From NCBI RefSeq assembly GCF_009914755.1, contig NC_060938.1: a stretch of 64,000 bases of DNA; one strand, written 5' to 3'. A model generated the notes under the pieces. The model was given only the letters and a program-made list of their open reading frames with translations, did no database searches and was not told where the DNA came from. The position numbers were made by a program, and so were the translations under genes. Each line of letters starts with the position of its first letter. Positions within the stretch are counted from its first letter, which is position 1. This document shows positions 13,024-26,650 of the stretch, one piece after another. The stretch comes from the human T2T-CHM13v2.0 reference genome, Homo sapiens.

Positions 13024-14359
13024 GAGTTGGAGATATGTTTTAAGTAAATAGAGATACATATGTAATTAGAAGTCTAACTTTCCTTTTAAATAAGATATTT
13101 TCCAATGAAAATATTTCCCCACTTTTTCCAAAAGTGAATCATGAATTCCCAGCAATCCCTCTTTCAGTTGTCTGCATCATGGCTATGCTTTCTTCTAGAT
13201 GTAAGGGTTTGCATACAATTTATTATATTAGAAACACATGACCTTTTAATTCAATCATTAGGCAAGGTTGTTTCTTTTTCAATCAGTAAATATCTACTAA
13301 TTTGCAGAAGAAGAAATATGAGTTAAATGGTTATAAAGAGATTTTGAAAAGATAAGAATAACCATTTTATAGTCATCTGGGACTGTGACCAGCAGAACAA
13401 AGCCAATAGGAAGAAATGATCTGTGTGTTCTGGAGTGAAGAAAGATTTTTCTTGCTGTTTATTTGTTTTGATTCAATATCGTTTAAGCATTTTTGCAAGT
13501 TATAGAGTACCACCTTGATACTCATTTTAGACTTTAGGAATACCAAATCACACAATAAAATAACACACAAACACACAAATAAAATAAAAATAATGTTTTT
13601 ATTTTAAATTTTAAAATATCGGTATTTATCCCTAGAGCCAAACTTATGTATCTCTATTGAAAATATTTTAAAATATAAACAGCATTTTCTCAATAGTGGT
13701 AATTTACATAAAAAGGTACTTAAAGGGCAGGTGCCAAGTGGGAAATATAGTCTGAGGCCTTAGATAATCATTAACTGAATGTACATGAACATGAAAAACT
13801 TATATGCCCCAGAAGAGCTTCAAAATACTAAGTTAAACATTCTAGCTTGGTTGTATTTTATAACTCTAATATTCAAGTCAATTGCATCTGTATAAAATTA
13901 ACCTGCACAATATTTTCATGTTCTCTCTGCAATTAAAATGATATAATCAAATCTCACCTTCAGCTGCAGTCTCAAGAATTGTTCTTAAGTCACATAAAAC
14001 CTTTCATGCAGCTGATATTTTGTTTACATTATATGAATTTGAAAGCAGAAATAATTAAAAGATTTAGTTGGATAGCTATATGTTTCCCAATTGGGTGTTT
14101 GATGTTTTCAGCACAGTATCAATATGTTTTGACCAACTTATATAATTTTATCAGGACTTGCCTGATTCTTGCAATAAGGAGGTTAGAATAAGGCATACAC
14201 AACTGCTCTTAATCTTTTGAAATGATTTGAAATCCACATTTAGAAATATAATGAATAAATAGCTCTCTTTTACATCATTATTTTTCATGAAATCAGAACC
14301 TTTTGTATTTGTAGTATAATAAACAAATTAGTTTCAACCAATAATAGTGATGAAAATGA

Positions 14360-14550
14360 TGATGATTGTGGTGAGGCTAACATTGTTGGTGATAGTATCT
14401 GCTAGTTGATTCCTAAACACTAAAACCATCTTGCAAGGTAGTTATGAATAAGGAAAGTTATGAATGAGGAAACTAGCACTGACAGTAAATGAATTCCCCA
14501 TGACAGGTGACAGGAGAAAAACAGCTGGCTTCAAAACCAGACTTTAACTA
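14360..14550 (-). mobile_element. MIR fragment
   Basis: aaccatcttgcaaggtag...atgaggaaact...ggcttcaaaaccagact. Confidence 0.55.
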
Positions 14551-15159
14551 TCCCACAGATCAGTCAGATAGAACAACATAGGACAGATAGGTAAAACAGT
14601 CAAGAGGACTAAAAGTGGATTAAGATGAAATAATTGATTTGATCAATGACATTGTTTGAAAAGGGTTGATCTCAGTAATGAAGTAAAGAATAAATCAGTA
14701 ACATATAAATGCAAAAATCATCACAGTAATTTTGCTTATTTATGAAAAATTGAAACAACTAGGAAAACAAAGTTCATAAAAATAGTTTTAATATCAATGA
14801 TTTAAAGGATACCTTATTTGTAATTATGTCAAACTTTTGGGAACATTTTTCATGTCAGATTATCACTGAAACTATAGGTCTCCATGATTTAAATCTACAC
14901 ATGCTATTCATAAGCTTTGCAATTAGTCATTCTATACAATAAGAGATATAAACTTAGAGTCAGGAAACTGCTACTTATTATTGTTGCATTGGCTTTTTAA
15001 AGACTTGATATATTTACATATATAATTTAAGGAAAAACATTAAGCACAAAGGTATGTCATTCGATGGTGGCATTGAATTAAATACTCATTACATGTCTTC
15101 TTATTGTTAGGGAAAGTACATTCACAGTGTCCCTATGTTGAGTGACAGTATGACGTCAA

Positions 15160-15400
15160 TGTGGAAAGAAAGCGTTCTGTAGCAGAACTGCCTGTATCTG
15201 CTGGGAATCTCTTCTGTCTACAACCTCTATGATCTTGGGGAAGGTGCATCATCACTCTATTCCTTGGTCTCTCCTATGAAATGAAAATAATTTATTTCCT
15301 CATAGGTTTGACATGAGGATTAAATGAGCAGTATAAGAAAAGTGCTTAGAACAGTGCTTGCCACATATAACTATGTTATTGATATTATTTCTATTATCAT
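15160..15400 (+). mobile_element. MIR (MIRb-like)
   Basis: cctcatagg...tgaggattaaatgag...aaagtgcttagaacagtgcttgccacata. Confidence 0.8.
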
Positions 15401-16715
15401 TTCACCAGGTCCCATGGAGTTTCATACATTTTCCAGAGTTACAAAACCTGGCTAACACTGAGTCAAGTTAGGAATCTCAATCAATGTCTTTGACCAACTT
15501 AAAGTGTTTGTAGAATGTTTGATGTACCTAAGAGTGAGTAAAATGTGAAAGTCAGTTGCTGGAATTGGTTGAATGAGAGTGTCGGGTGAAGAAGGCAAGA
15601 CATGCAACAGAGGAAGAGGAATGTGTCATCCAAGAGGGGAAAAGAGAAATACTATTACTATCTGTTGTCTTGGTGGTTCTCATGAGGAGTGAAAGGAGAA
15701 TTGCTAACCTGGAAGAAGATCAGAGAAACACACTATACAGTCCTGCAGTCCTTCACCAAGTAGCATGGGATAGAAGCTCTGAACATCAGCATAATTTTGA
15801 GGCCTAAAGTGTAAGAATTGCTAGAAATGCTGTGGTATTATTAATTAATTAATTAATTAATAATTAATTTATTTTTGTATTAACTTATTTTTATTTAGAA
15901 ATGATGGTAAAGATGATGATGATGATGATGATGATGCTTACAATAACAGATACTCAAGGTTAAAAAATAATTGTAAAAGTTCAAACTTACATTAGAGTAA
16001 AAGTTATCCTGGGTGCTGCAACCTTTGTCCAACATGACTCATGTAACCAATATTAACAGTGTAACCACAAAGCTTTGTAGTGGAATACATGTAGGCAATT
16101 ATTTTTACCCAACAAGATATACTAGCATTGGTTTTTCTCTGCCTCTGTTTCTGATGAGTTGTTCATACAATAGAGGCTAGATAGAATATTCAAGTCAATA
16201 TAATACAAACACAACTACCACTACATATGGGCTAGAAGCAGGAACCCCATCACCCACCTAGAGAATACAGAAGAATTGAGAAAGTGAAGAGAATATTGTC
16301 AGGATATTGGAGAAGAGATTTCTTTGGCGATGATGGGCACTCAAGTGAGATAATTAGCTTAGGGTCACCTAGGGTCCTATAAAAAGGTAACCCAGCAGAT
16401 AAACACTGCAGGAGTATTTAACGATGCTCAGGGGCCTGAGAAATGGTAAAATTACACCATCACCCAGGCCCACGGTGCTGCATATATCACTACATCTCAT
16501 CCCCTGCTGCCCCCCACACTGCAGCCAGAAGTTGTGAAAGGCGCGCAGGAGAGAGCAGAGAAGCAGCAGGACCTCCCCTCTATCTCCACTGTCGGTGTCC
16601 CTACCGAACAGGGTCCTAGATGGGTAGGAAGGAAGAATTTAACACTGAGTCAAGTTGGGAATTTCAATTGATAGTTTGACTGATTAAAAGTGATTGTAGA
16701 AATGCCTGCATTATC

Positions 16716-17506
<791 letters not shown>

Positions 17507-18514
17507 TAACTTAATTGCTTACAAGACGTATCTTTTCTGTATCAGCACATGTTCATAACTCTCCTTTTTTTTTTTTTTTTTACCAAATGTATAAAATGGA
17601 CCAATCTTTAGATATATTATTGTTTCTTTTGTTCAAATTTCTTTGAATATTGTATAATCAGTGATTATTTAAACATTTTGTGGTCGTCTTCTTGGTCCAT
17701 TATTTCTTGGGCTGCTGGTCCTTTCTTTATAATATTTAAGATCTTTTTTATTAAGAAAATGTTACTTTGTTTTTAGTAATCTTAAAGTCATTCTCAAAGA
17801 TCTGGCAGCTAGTCAGTGTTCCTCTGTTGTTTGTTGCCTTGGAACTCAAACAAAGGGCCTGATACATGCTGTTGATCACAATAAGCTGATCCTTTACACC
17901 CCAGTATTCCACCAGAAGTCAACACGCAATGAAATGGTTTAAATTCTCGCTTGTGCAATGGCTGAACTAGCTGTATTTGGCCTTGTTGAAAGCAATGGCA
18001 GGTACCACACTAAATCATTTTGAGGACTTTTCTCTATGAATGAAAGAGGAAAAGGAGGATGTGTAACCATCGGAGCCTCACTTAATGTCAGGGAGTCAAT
18101 GCAACTTCCTCTCCTTCAGGCTGGAGGGGCAATTTGAGTGTGTCATGTAGATGCACAGGTCTCTTGTATTTAATCTTTTCCTTTGAAGGGCAAAAAGCAG
18201 AAGAGCATGTTTGCTCAGCCCCTGATTTCAGCACCTCCATCACATAAGTCATTGGAGGCCAACAGTAATCACTCCTCGTCTCTCTTCTCTCACCAGATAC
18301 TACTGTTAGCTCTGGCTTTAGAACCGAGCCGCATTCATGACTGTTAACTAGAGAAGTGGCTTACCAAGTCTTCACCTTCTCAGAAGTCTCTCACAATCAG
18401 CATACTCATTAAAGCTTTTACTTCCCAACACAACAAATTTGCATGCCTATTTAAGTTAGTTAGTTCCAAATAGGAGAAAATGCCTGAATAAAATGGAGTT
18501 TAAGAAAATGTCAC

Positions 18515-18975
18515 TTTGTTTCTTTAATTTTTTTATTGAACTAAAATATGCACTAATAAAAGTATACATTCCATAAGGTAAAGCCTGAAGAACCTTTGCA
18601 AAATGAAGACCCCTTTTAACTAGTAATGTGACTAAGAAACAGAATGCTACCAGCACCCGCAGATGCCTCCTTCTTGACACTTTATAGTAAATAACTCAAA
18701 GGTATCCATTATTTTGACCTTTAATGGCATTACTTTATTTCATCCTTCAAAAAAATAGAATTAAACTGTGCATACTCTTTGATATGGCTTCTTTCTCAAG
18801 TTAGATGCATTCGTATTTTTGGGTGTAGTTGTAGGTCATGGATTTTACTGAATTCTAATGTATGAATATATCATATTTTAGTTCTTTAATTACATGACTT
18901 ATGGGCATTTGAATTGTTTCTAGTTTGAGCTCTTAAAAATAGTACTACTACATTCTATACATGCCATTTGGAGTC
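18515..18975 (-). mobile_element. L1ME/L1MD-type 3' end
   Basis: tttttattgaactaaaatatgcac...aagaaacagaatgctaccagcacc...tgggcatttgaattgtttctagtttg. Confidence 0.75.
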
Positions 18976-19239
18976 TATTTTATTTCAGCCTCTAAAATTA
19001 AGTAAAGTGTCTTTAGTGAAAGGGAAAAAATATTCTGCTTGAATCTAATTGATGGACACTTAAAATATAAGCCTTAGGATGACAGATTTGAATATCATGA
19101 TTAAAATATACACTTGAAATTAAACTCAAAAAACTGTAATCCTGTAATGATAAAATAAAAATTATAGTAAAAAGGGAAAGTTAATCTTTGTTTTAAAAAT
19201 AACAAGTACCAAAGTCATGTAAAGAAGCTAAAAGTACTG

Positions 19240-19435
19240 GTCTTGAATTATGGCTTCATCAAGTGTTGGCTTTTTGAAATTAGAGAAGTTATTGGAATGT
19301 CTTTGTGCCTCAGTTTCTTTATCTTTAAAATGGGGATAATTGCAATATCTACCTTGTAGGATTGTTAATTCATATAGGACACTTGGAACAGTACCTGAGG
19401 TGTGGTAAACACTAGTAAGTGTTTATTTTTATTAT
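19240..19435 (+). mobile_element. MIR
   Basis: MIR core ctttgtgcctcagtttctttatctttaaaatggggataat...accttgtaggattgtt. Confidence 0.85.
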
Positions 19436-20554
19436 GCTGAATAAAGGCTGTAGATCAAGAATGTGTCCCAAAGTTGTGAATAGAGTGTCACAATGTATCC
19501 AAGAATTGTGAAGCAATGATTCTGTACAATACAATAAAGTTTAATTATTTACAAAAATTTTTCAGCTGTTTCAGTTGCCTTCCCAGCATATTTTATTATT
19601 TTAATTTTAAAGAGAATGCTGCATCTCAAATTATTTATTCAGTTAGAAGTTGACTTTTTCACCCAGAGATTAAAAAAAGTAAGATTCATTACAGCAATCG
19701 AGACAACACATTAAATTAAAAATATATAAGAAAATCAGGATAAATTAGGCAAATAACTTTAGTACTGTGAGAAAAAGTAAAGGTAAAACCAGTTCATGAA
19801 ATTTATATCATGTGTTAGTGTACAGTTACTGCACATTAAACAAAAATCTACTTCTGAGTATCTTAGTAGCCAAATCCAAGTAAAAGGCATAATTAGTTTT
19901 GAGATTCACCAGGCTGTTAATAACACATCCATTAATATTTAGACACACATCGTTTCACACACACGTATATTCTCTCTGACTTTCACGTATTCACTTATAT
20001 TCTCATGCACACATATATTCACAGGTACACACAAAAACATACCCACCCACAGTTGCTACTCAGTATATGCAGATTTTCTTGATATTGAGGTCTCAAAAAC
20101 ATTTTTCCCCTTTATAGGAAAGATACAGTGAGATAAAGTATCCTCCATCCCTATGTTCATCTATACAATACATGAAATAACTATAAGCTATAGACACAAC
20201 ATAACACCCCATTTCAGGGAAATCAGCTCTCTGAGAGGACAATATAGTCACATCAAAGACATATATTTCAGTTCTCTGATGCTCTGGCTGGATGTAGGAG
20301 GAATTTTTGCCAGCAAACCTTCAGTCGTTACCAGTGTTCACAACGGCAATAGAGAAATTGCAGTCTTTTAGCCATGAGACACCTAATTTTGAGAAGTGTA
20401 ACTCCCTGATGTTGGATAAAATGAACTTCCTATGTGACATATCCCACTGTGTCAAGCTACTGGGTATAAAAACAATTAAATGTCAGAGGAGTCCTTGTAC
20501 AAGCTCTGAAAGCACAGTGATTGAGCTTTCCCACTCCCACCTCCTTCAAGATGG

Positions 20555-20720
20555 GAGATGTTGGTTAACTTTTTAACGGCTTCCAACCTGTTTCCTTTCT
20601 GTAAAATTATAGTAATAATATCCATCTGAAAGAGCTTCTGCAAGGATTAAATGAGATACTCCATGTAAGTTGCTGGACATAGTAACCAATCTATAATAAG
20701 CATTCAATGTTAGCAATTCT
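20555..20720 (+). mobile_element. MIR
   Basis: ctgtttcctttctgtaaaattatagtaataata...aaggattaaatgagata. Confidence 0.75.
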
Positions 20721-21106
20721 TTCTGGTAATTAGCCTCACTATTTGTAGCATTTGTTTCAAATTCATGACAAAATTAAATACCATCTGCCTAGAAGGAAAT
20801 AATATGATCTTTATAGATAAAAGCCATGCATTTTGCTTAGAAACAATGCATATTTTTTAAGAAATGATGGTCTAATCACTTTTGTGTTTTATAGAGCTCA
20901 AAATGATTAGATAACTTGTTATGATAAAAATGCTTGCTGACCCTGCCTCTCAAGATTAAGGTGTAAAGTCTATATCAGCAGCTACATAACCCATATTGAA
21001 GTAAAACTACTTTCGACATGAATTAATTGACTTCATATTTATTTCCTTACAACAATTTTTTTTGTATTTAATCAATATGATTAATCCATATGATTGATAC
21101 AAAGAG

Positions 21107-21185
21107 AGATCAAAATGGAGTTTCTTATGTCTTCCTTTTCTGCATAGACACAGTAACAGTCTGATCTCTCTTTCTTCTCCCTACA
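21107..21185 (-). mobile_element. HERV-K(HML-2) LTR5A/B 5' stub (first ~80 bp of U3)
   Basis: Reverse complement TGTAGGGAGAAGAAAGAGAGATCAGACTGTTACTGTGTCTATGCAGAAAAGGAAGACATAAGAAACTCCATTTTGATCT matches the LTR5 start. Confidence 0.9.
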
Positions 21186-22262
21186 CTCTACACATAATCT
21201 AACAGTATTTCTGAAAAACTTTCTCTAGAAGGTGGTAAAGTTCATTACAAATATCACTAGTTCACAAATAAGATTAAAGCTGTCTCTTCCATGAGTGTAT
21301 GTATGTGTGTGTTCATAGGTAAGAGTGCATGGAGCTTCAGAAATGCAGACTTACCTTAGACAAAGAAGAAACTGGGAAAAAAAATTAGACAGAATGGCCA
21401 GTAAAAATTTGAACCTAAAACTATAGGGGAAAACACTTTACAGTTGGGAAAAATGCATTCTGAGCTAAACTATCAGAGATTACAGAGTTAGCATGGAAAA
21501 GAGCCATTTTTAGATAGATTTGAGGTGATATAACTAGTAAGTTCTGAACCATTTACTCAACTATAGATTTGCTGACCCATAATTAATTTTTGATTCTTAA
21601 ATGATTTTTAACTTTTTAATGTAATAGATGCCCATTTGGGAAGCAAACTCTTAATAAGTACCCCCAAATATGAGACTGATACTGAGATACTTTGTTTGAG
21701 TGGTGGCTAGGGATCCTGATGCCTGACCTTAACTCTCCCATACCACCTACAAGCATTGATGAACCTCAAAGAAGCCCTAGATTTTTAGAATAGCATAAAC
21801 TGAAAACTCTGTTGTATGCTATAAATTTTTATAGTCATTTAACTTTTTATCCTTGACTCTATCCTTTAAATTGAAGTATCATATTTTTGCCCATAAAACA
21901 CCACATAAAAGTACAGTAGATATTGTTATATTTCTTTCTAGAAATTGCAACCTATAATGTAACAAATTATGTTTTCCTTATAGCCACACAACTGACTGAT
22001 AGATGACAAATTGAGAATTAAGGCCCAGGTCAGCCACACCATGATGCCATGTTTATAGATCTATTTTTGTTGTCCAGGGATTAGCTCTAGTGTATTATAA
22101 CCATCAGGGCAAAAACTGTTTCTTGAACCAACAATTAAGTAAAAGAAAGACCATATAGGCACCACTAATTCCATTCCTCATTCTTTAACTGTGAATTCTA
22201 AAGACTTTCCTTTAGGTTGCAAATATTCTCCTTTCTTTGTTAAAAAAACAAACAAACAGAAA

Positions 22263-22556
22263 GGTCAGGCATAGTGGCTCACACCTGTAATTCCAGCACT
22301 TTGGGAAGCTGAGGCAAGCAGATTGCTTGAGTTGAGGAGTTCAAGACCAGACTGGGCAACATGATGAAACCCTGTCTGTACAAAAACCACAAAAATTAGC
22401 TGGGTATGGTGGCATATACCTGTGGTCCCAGATAGGAGGCTGAGGTGGGAGGATCACCTGAGGCCAGGAGGTTGAGGCTGCCGTGATTGCACCATTGCAC
22501 TCCAGCGTGGGCAACAGAGTGAGACCTTGTTTCAAAAAATACAAAACAAAATGAAA
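22263..22556 (+). mobile_element. AluJ
   Basis: gattgcttgag...gggcaacatg...gaggtgggaggatcacctgaggccagggaggttgaggctgc (J diagnostics). Confidence 0.93.
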
Positions 22557-23440
22557 CATACTGTTATAATTCCTGTCATGGAAAATCCTCAACCGTGCCT
22601 CCTCTTTTCTAGCTCCTTTGCAATAAGAGGAGCCTGTAAAGCATCCATGTGTGGTCTTCATACTTAAGGGTGGAGTTATCAGTGAGAGAAGCAAAAAAGT
22701 CAATTTTCAGCTTAATGTTAGTTCTGCTTTCTATGCTATTACCTGATTGAAATTAGAGATGCTGAAGCATTATTTACTCTTATGGAGGACCAAGGTTGAG
22801 GGGAGGCAATTGGACCCCAAAATAAAGAAAACATAAGGGAAGAGGATTTGTGTTATACTGTAAAAAGGAACAAAAACTTGGTATCTATAGGCATTCTTTT
22901 TATTTTTTAGCTGTACATTGATAAGGTCGAGGTAGAATATATCTTCTGCTTGAGAAAGTTCTTAAGGCTTGGACATGGGCCAGGGCTTCTGTGTAATTAC
23001 TTTCATTTACACACTTAGATGCATTTTAGTAAGAGAGTATAAGTAAAAATAGATGTGAAAAATAATGGAGATCCAGCACTAGATAAAGCAGAGGATAAAA
23101 CTACTGGAAAGCTTTGAACTAACAGGGTGAGTGGCCATGGCAAGGCATCCTAAACTTTTTAGATTCCAGTTTCATCTCTAGAAAAACAACTTGCTAATTG
23201 TCCTGGCTCATAACCAAAGGACAAAGAGAATGCAAAGCAGCAGTCATTGAATGCTGTAATTGTAGTGAAAACCTTGATTATATTTGGTTCTCATTTCAAA
23301 AATGGTAAAAACATTTAAGATATATAGTACGGAATTGAAATTGTATCTCCACAACAATGCTGAAGCAATAAAGATACCTGCATTTTACCTAAAATGCTAT
23401 AGAGATGCTAGAAATCCAATAATAAAAGTAAGATAATTGT

Positions 23441-25850
23441 ACACAGATTTAAGAACAAAAGACATATGATCATTTCAATAGATGCTGAAAAAGCATTCAA
23501 TACAATTCAACATCCTTTCACGATAAAAACTTTCAACAAACTGAGTATAGAAGAAACATATTTCAGAATAATAAAGGTCATTTATGTAGAACAAACCCAC
23601 AACTAACATGATACTGAACAATAAAAAAAATGAGAGCTTTTTTTCTAAGATCTGGAACAAGACAAGGATACCTATTCTCACTGCTTTTATTCAAAACAGT
23701 ACTGGAAGTTCCAGCCAGAGCAATTAGGCAAAAGAGAGAATAAAGGACAGCCAAACTGGAAAGGAAGAAGGATACTTACCCTTTTTTACAGATGACATGA
23801 TCCTATCTTAAGAAAAACTTAAAGACTCCACCAAAAAAAAAAAAAGGGGTTACAACCAAAGAATGAGTTCAATAAAATTTCAGGACACAAAATCAACATA
23901 CAAAAATCAGCAACATTTCTATACACCAACAAAAAACAATATCAAAAAGAAATCAGAAAAGTAATTTTATTTGCAATAATGACAAAAATATAAAATACCT
24001 AGGTATAAACTTAATCAAAGAAGTGAAGAAGCTCTACAATGAAAACTGTAAAACACTGATGAAAGAAATTTAAGAGGACACACAAAAAAGGAACGACATC
24101 TTGTGCTCGTGCTCATGGACTGGAAGAATTAATAACATTAAAATGTCCATACTATTCAAAGCAATCTACAGACTCAATACCAAAATACCAATGATGTTCT
24201 TCACAGAAATAGAACATAATTATAAAATTTGTATGGAATTACGAAAGACCTTAAATAGCCAACATAATCCTGAGCATAAGGAACAAAGTTGGAAGCATCA
24301 CACTACTTGACTTCAAAATATATGGCAAAGCTGTAGTAACCAAAACAGTATGGTACTAGGATAAAAACAGACACATAGAGCAAGGGAACAGATTAGAGAA
24401 CCCACAAATAAATCCACACACTCACAACCAACTCATTTTTGTCAATGGAGCCAAGAACATCTTTTGGGAAAAAGACAATCACTTCAATAAATAGTGTTGG
24501 GAAAACTGGATATTCATGGGCAGAAGAATGAAACTAGACCCCTGCTCTCAGCATTCCCAAAAATCAAGTCAATATGGACTGAAATATTAAATGTAAAACC
24601 TGACACTATGAAACTACTACAAGAAAACATTAGGGAAACACATCAGGACATTAGTCTAGGCAAAGACCTTTTGGTTAAGACCTCAAAAGCACAGGCAACA
24701 AAAGCAAAAATGGAATTACATCAAGTTAAAAAGCTTCTGTACAGTAAAGGAAACAATCAACAGAATAAAGAGATGACCCACAGGATGGAAGAAAATATTT
24801 GCAAACTACTTAGCTGATGGGGGATTTATAAGCAAAATATATCAGGAACTTGATAGCAAAAAAGCAATTAATAATAATAATCAGATTAAAAAATAGGCAA
24901 ATGATCTGACTAGACATTGCTCAAAGGAAGACATACAATGGGCAACAGATATATGAAAAAATGTTAATCATCACTAATCATCGGGGAAATGCAAATTAGA
25001 ACAACTATGAGATGTCATGTCATCCCACTTAGAATGGCTATTACTAAACTGACAAAGCATAACAAATGCTGATGAAGATGCAGAGGAAAGGGAACATTGG
25101 TATACTGTTGATGGGAATGTAAATTAGTATAAATTAGTTTAGCCACTATGGAAAACAGTATGAAGGTTATTCAAAACACTAAAAATAAAACTAACATATG
25201 ACTCAGCAATCCTACTACCAGGTATATATCTAAAAGACAAGAAATCTTTATATCAAAGAGATATCTGCACTCCCATATTTATTGCAACATTATTCACAAT
25301 AGCCAAGATATGAAGTCAAGGTAAGTGTCTATCAATGGATAAGTGGATTTTTAAAATGTGGTATATATGCAAAATAGGACACTTCAGCTATAAAAAAGAA
25401 GAAATCTTGTCATTCGCTGCAACATGGATGGAAGACATTATGTTAAGTGAAATAAGCCAAGCACAGACAAACAAATATTGCATGTTCTTAACTCATACGT
25501 GGGAGGTAAAAACGTTGCGAGTAGAATGCTGGTTACCAGAAGCTGGAAAGAAAAGGAAGGAAGGGTTTGGAAGAGAGGTTATTTAATGAGTACAAACACA
25601 GCTAGAAAGACTGAATAAATTCTAGTGTTCAATAACACAGTAGAGTGACTACAGTTAACAATGATGCATTGTATGTTTCAAAATAGCTAGAATAGAAGAT
25701 TTGGACTGTTTTCAACACAAAGAAATGATAAATGTTTGAAGTGATGGATGTCTTAATTACCTTAACCTGATCATTACTTACTGTACACATATCTCAAAAC
25801 ATCACTGGTACTCCATAAATATGTACAATTATTATGTATCAATAAAAAAG
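23441..25850 (+). mobile_element. L1MA (approx. MA2-MA5), 5'-truncated, ORF2 RT region to 3' UTR
   Basis: catatgatcatttcaatagatgctgaaaaagcattc ([12 protein letters not shown]) and acagatgacatgatc (the FADDMI region); terminal ccataaatatgtacaattattatgtatcaataaaaa; many stops and frameshifts. Confidence 0.95.
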
Positions 25851-26077
25851 AGCAAAATTGTAACATAAAACAAAATAAGGATACATCGAAGATACTCCTG
25901 GGGAATAATTGTGGGAAATGATGTCATAATATAATCTATCTTCAGCATGACCAGAGCAGATACAAAAAATCTATAGAGAAAATCTTAATTCACCAAATCT
26001 AAAAAGAAGTACTGTATATTTGCAAGTTTTTCACAGCAGAAGTTATTTGCAAACTGCTCTTTTCACTTCCTAAATAA

Positions 26078-26296
26078 TGGGTCATTAAACTACACTCCTC
26101 AGACCAAACCTGGCCTCTCACCAATTTTTGTAAATAAAGTTCTGTTCCAGCAGAGCCACATTCATTCATTATATGTTGCCTTTGACTGTTTGCAAAGTAT
26201 GACGGCAGAGTTGAGCAGCTGCCACAAAGATCCTGTGGCCTGAAAAGCCTAAAATATTTACTATTTGCTGGGTTAAAATAATTTTTCCAACCCCTG
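26078..26296. mobile_element. MER58A (hAT-Charlie)
   Basis: tttgtaaataaagtt...ggcagagttgagcagctgccacaaaga...aaagcctaaaatatttactat...caacccctg. Confidence 0.88.
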
Positions 26297-26339
26297 TTCT
26301 AAAACATATTTTATGCTTCAATCCAAACACATGCAATAG

Positions 26340-26650
26340 TTTTTTTTTCATTTGTTTGTTAGTTTGTTTTTGAGACGGAGTCTGGCTCTGTCGCCCAGGC
26401 TGGAGTGCAACGGCGTGATCTCGGCTCACTGCAACCTCCACCTCCTGGTTCAAGCGATTCTCCTACCTCAGCCTCTCGAGTAGTTGAGATTACAGGCATC
26501 TGCCACTAGCCCAGCTAACTTTTTGTATTTTTAGTGGAGATGGGGTTTCATCATGTTTGCCAGGCTGATCTCAAACTCCTGGCCTAGTGATTCGCCCGCC
26601 TCGGCCTCCCAAAGTGCTGAGATTACAGGTGTGAGCCACTGCGCCCAGTC
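26340..26650 (-). mobile_element. AluS
   Basis: Full antisense dimer; flanked by AATAGTT on both sides. Confidence 0.94.

Noticed and set aside
12806-13051. ORF with poly-Leu/poly-Val resembling a transmembrane peptide
   Set aside because: Simply the translation of the trinucleotide STR inside an Alu.
21349-21440. Possible minus-strand exon (consensus donor AAG|GTAAGT at 21349-21357, pyrimidine-tract acceptor near 21421)
   Set aside because: Isolated splice-like motifs with a U-rich body and no coding signal; expected by chance in 64 kb.
23475-25586. Several ORFs with RT-like sequence
   Set aside because: Broken pieces of the L1MA ORF2; no intact reverse transcriptase.
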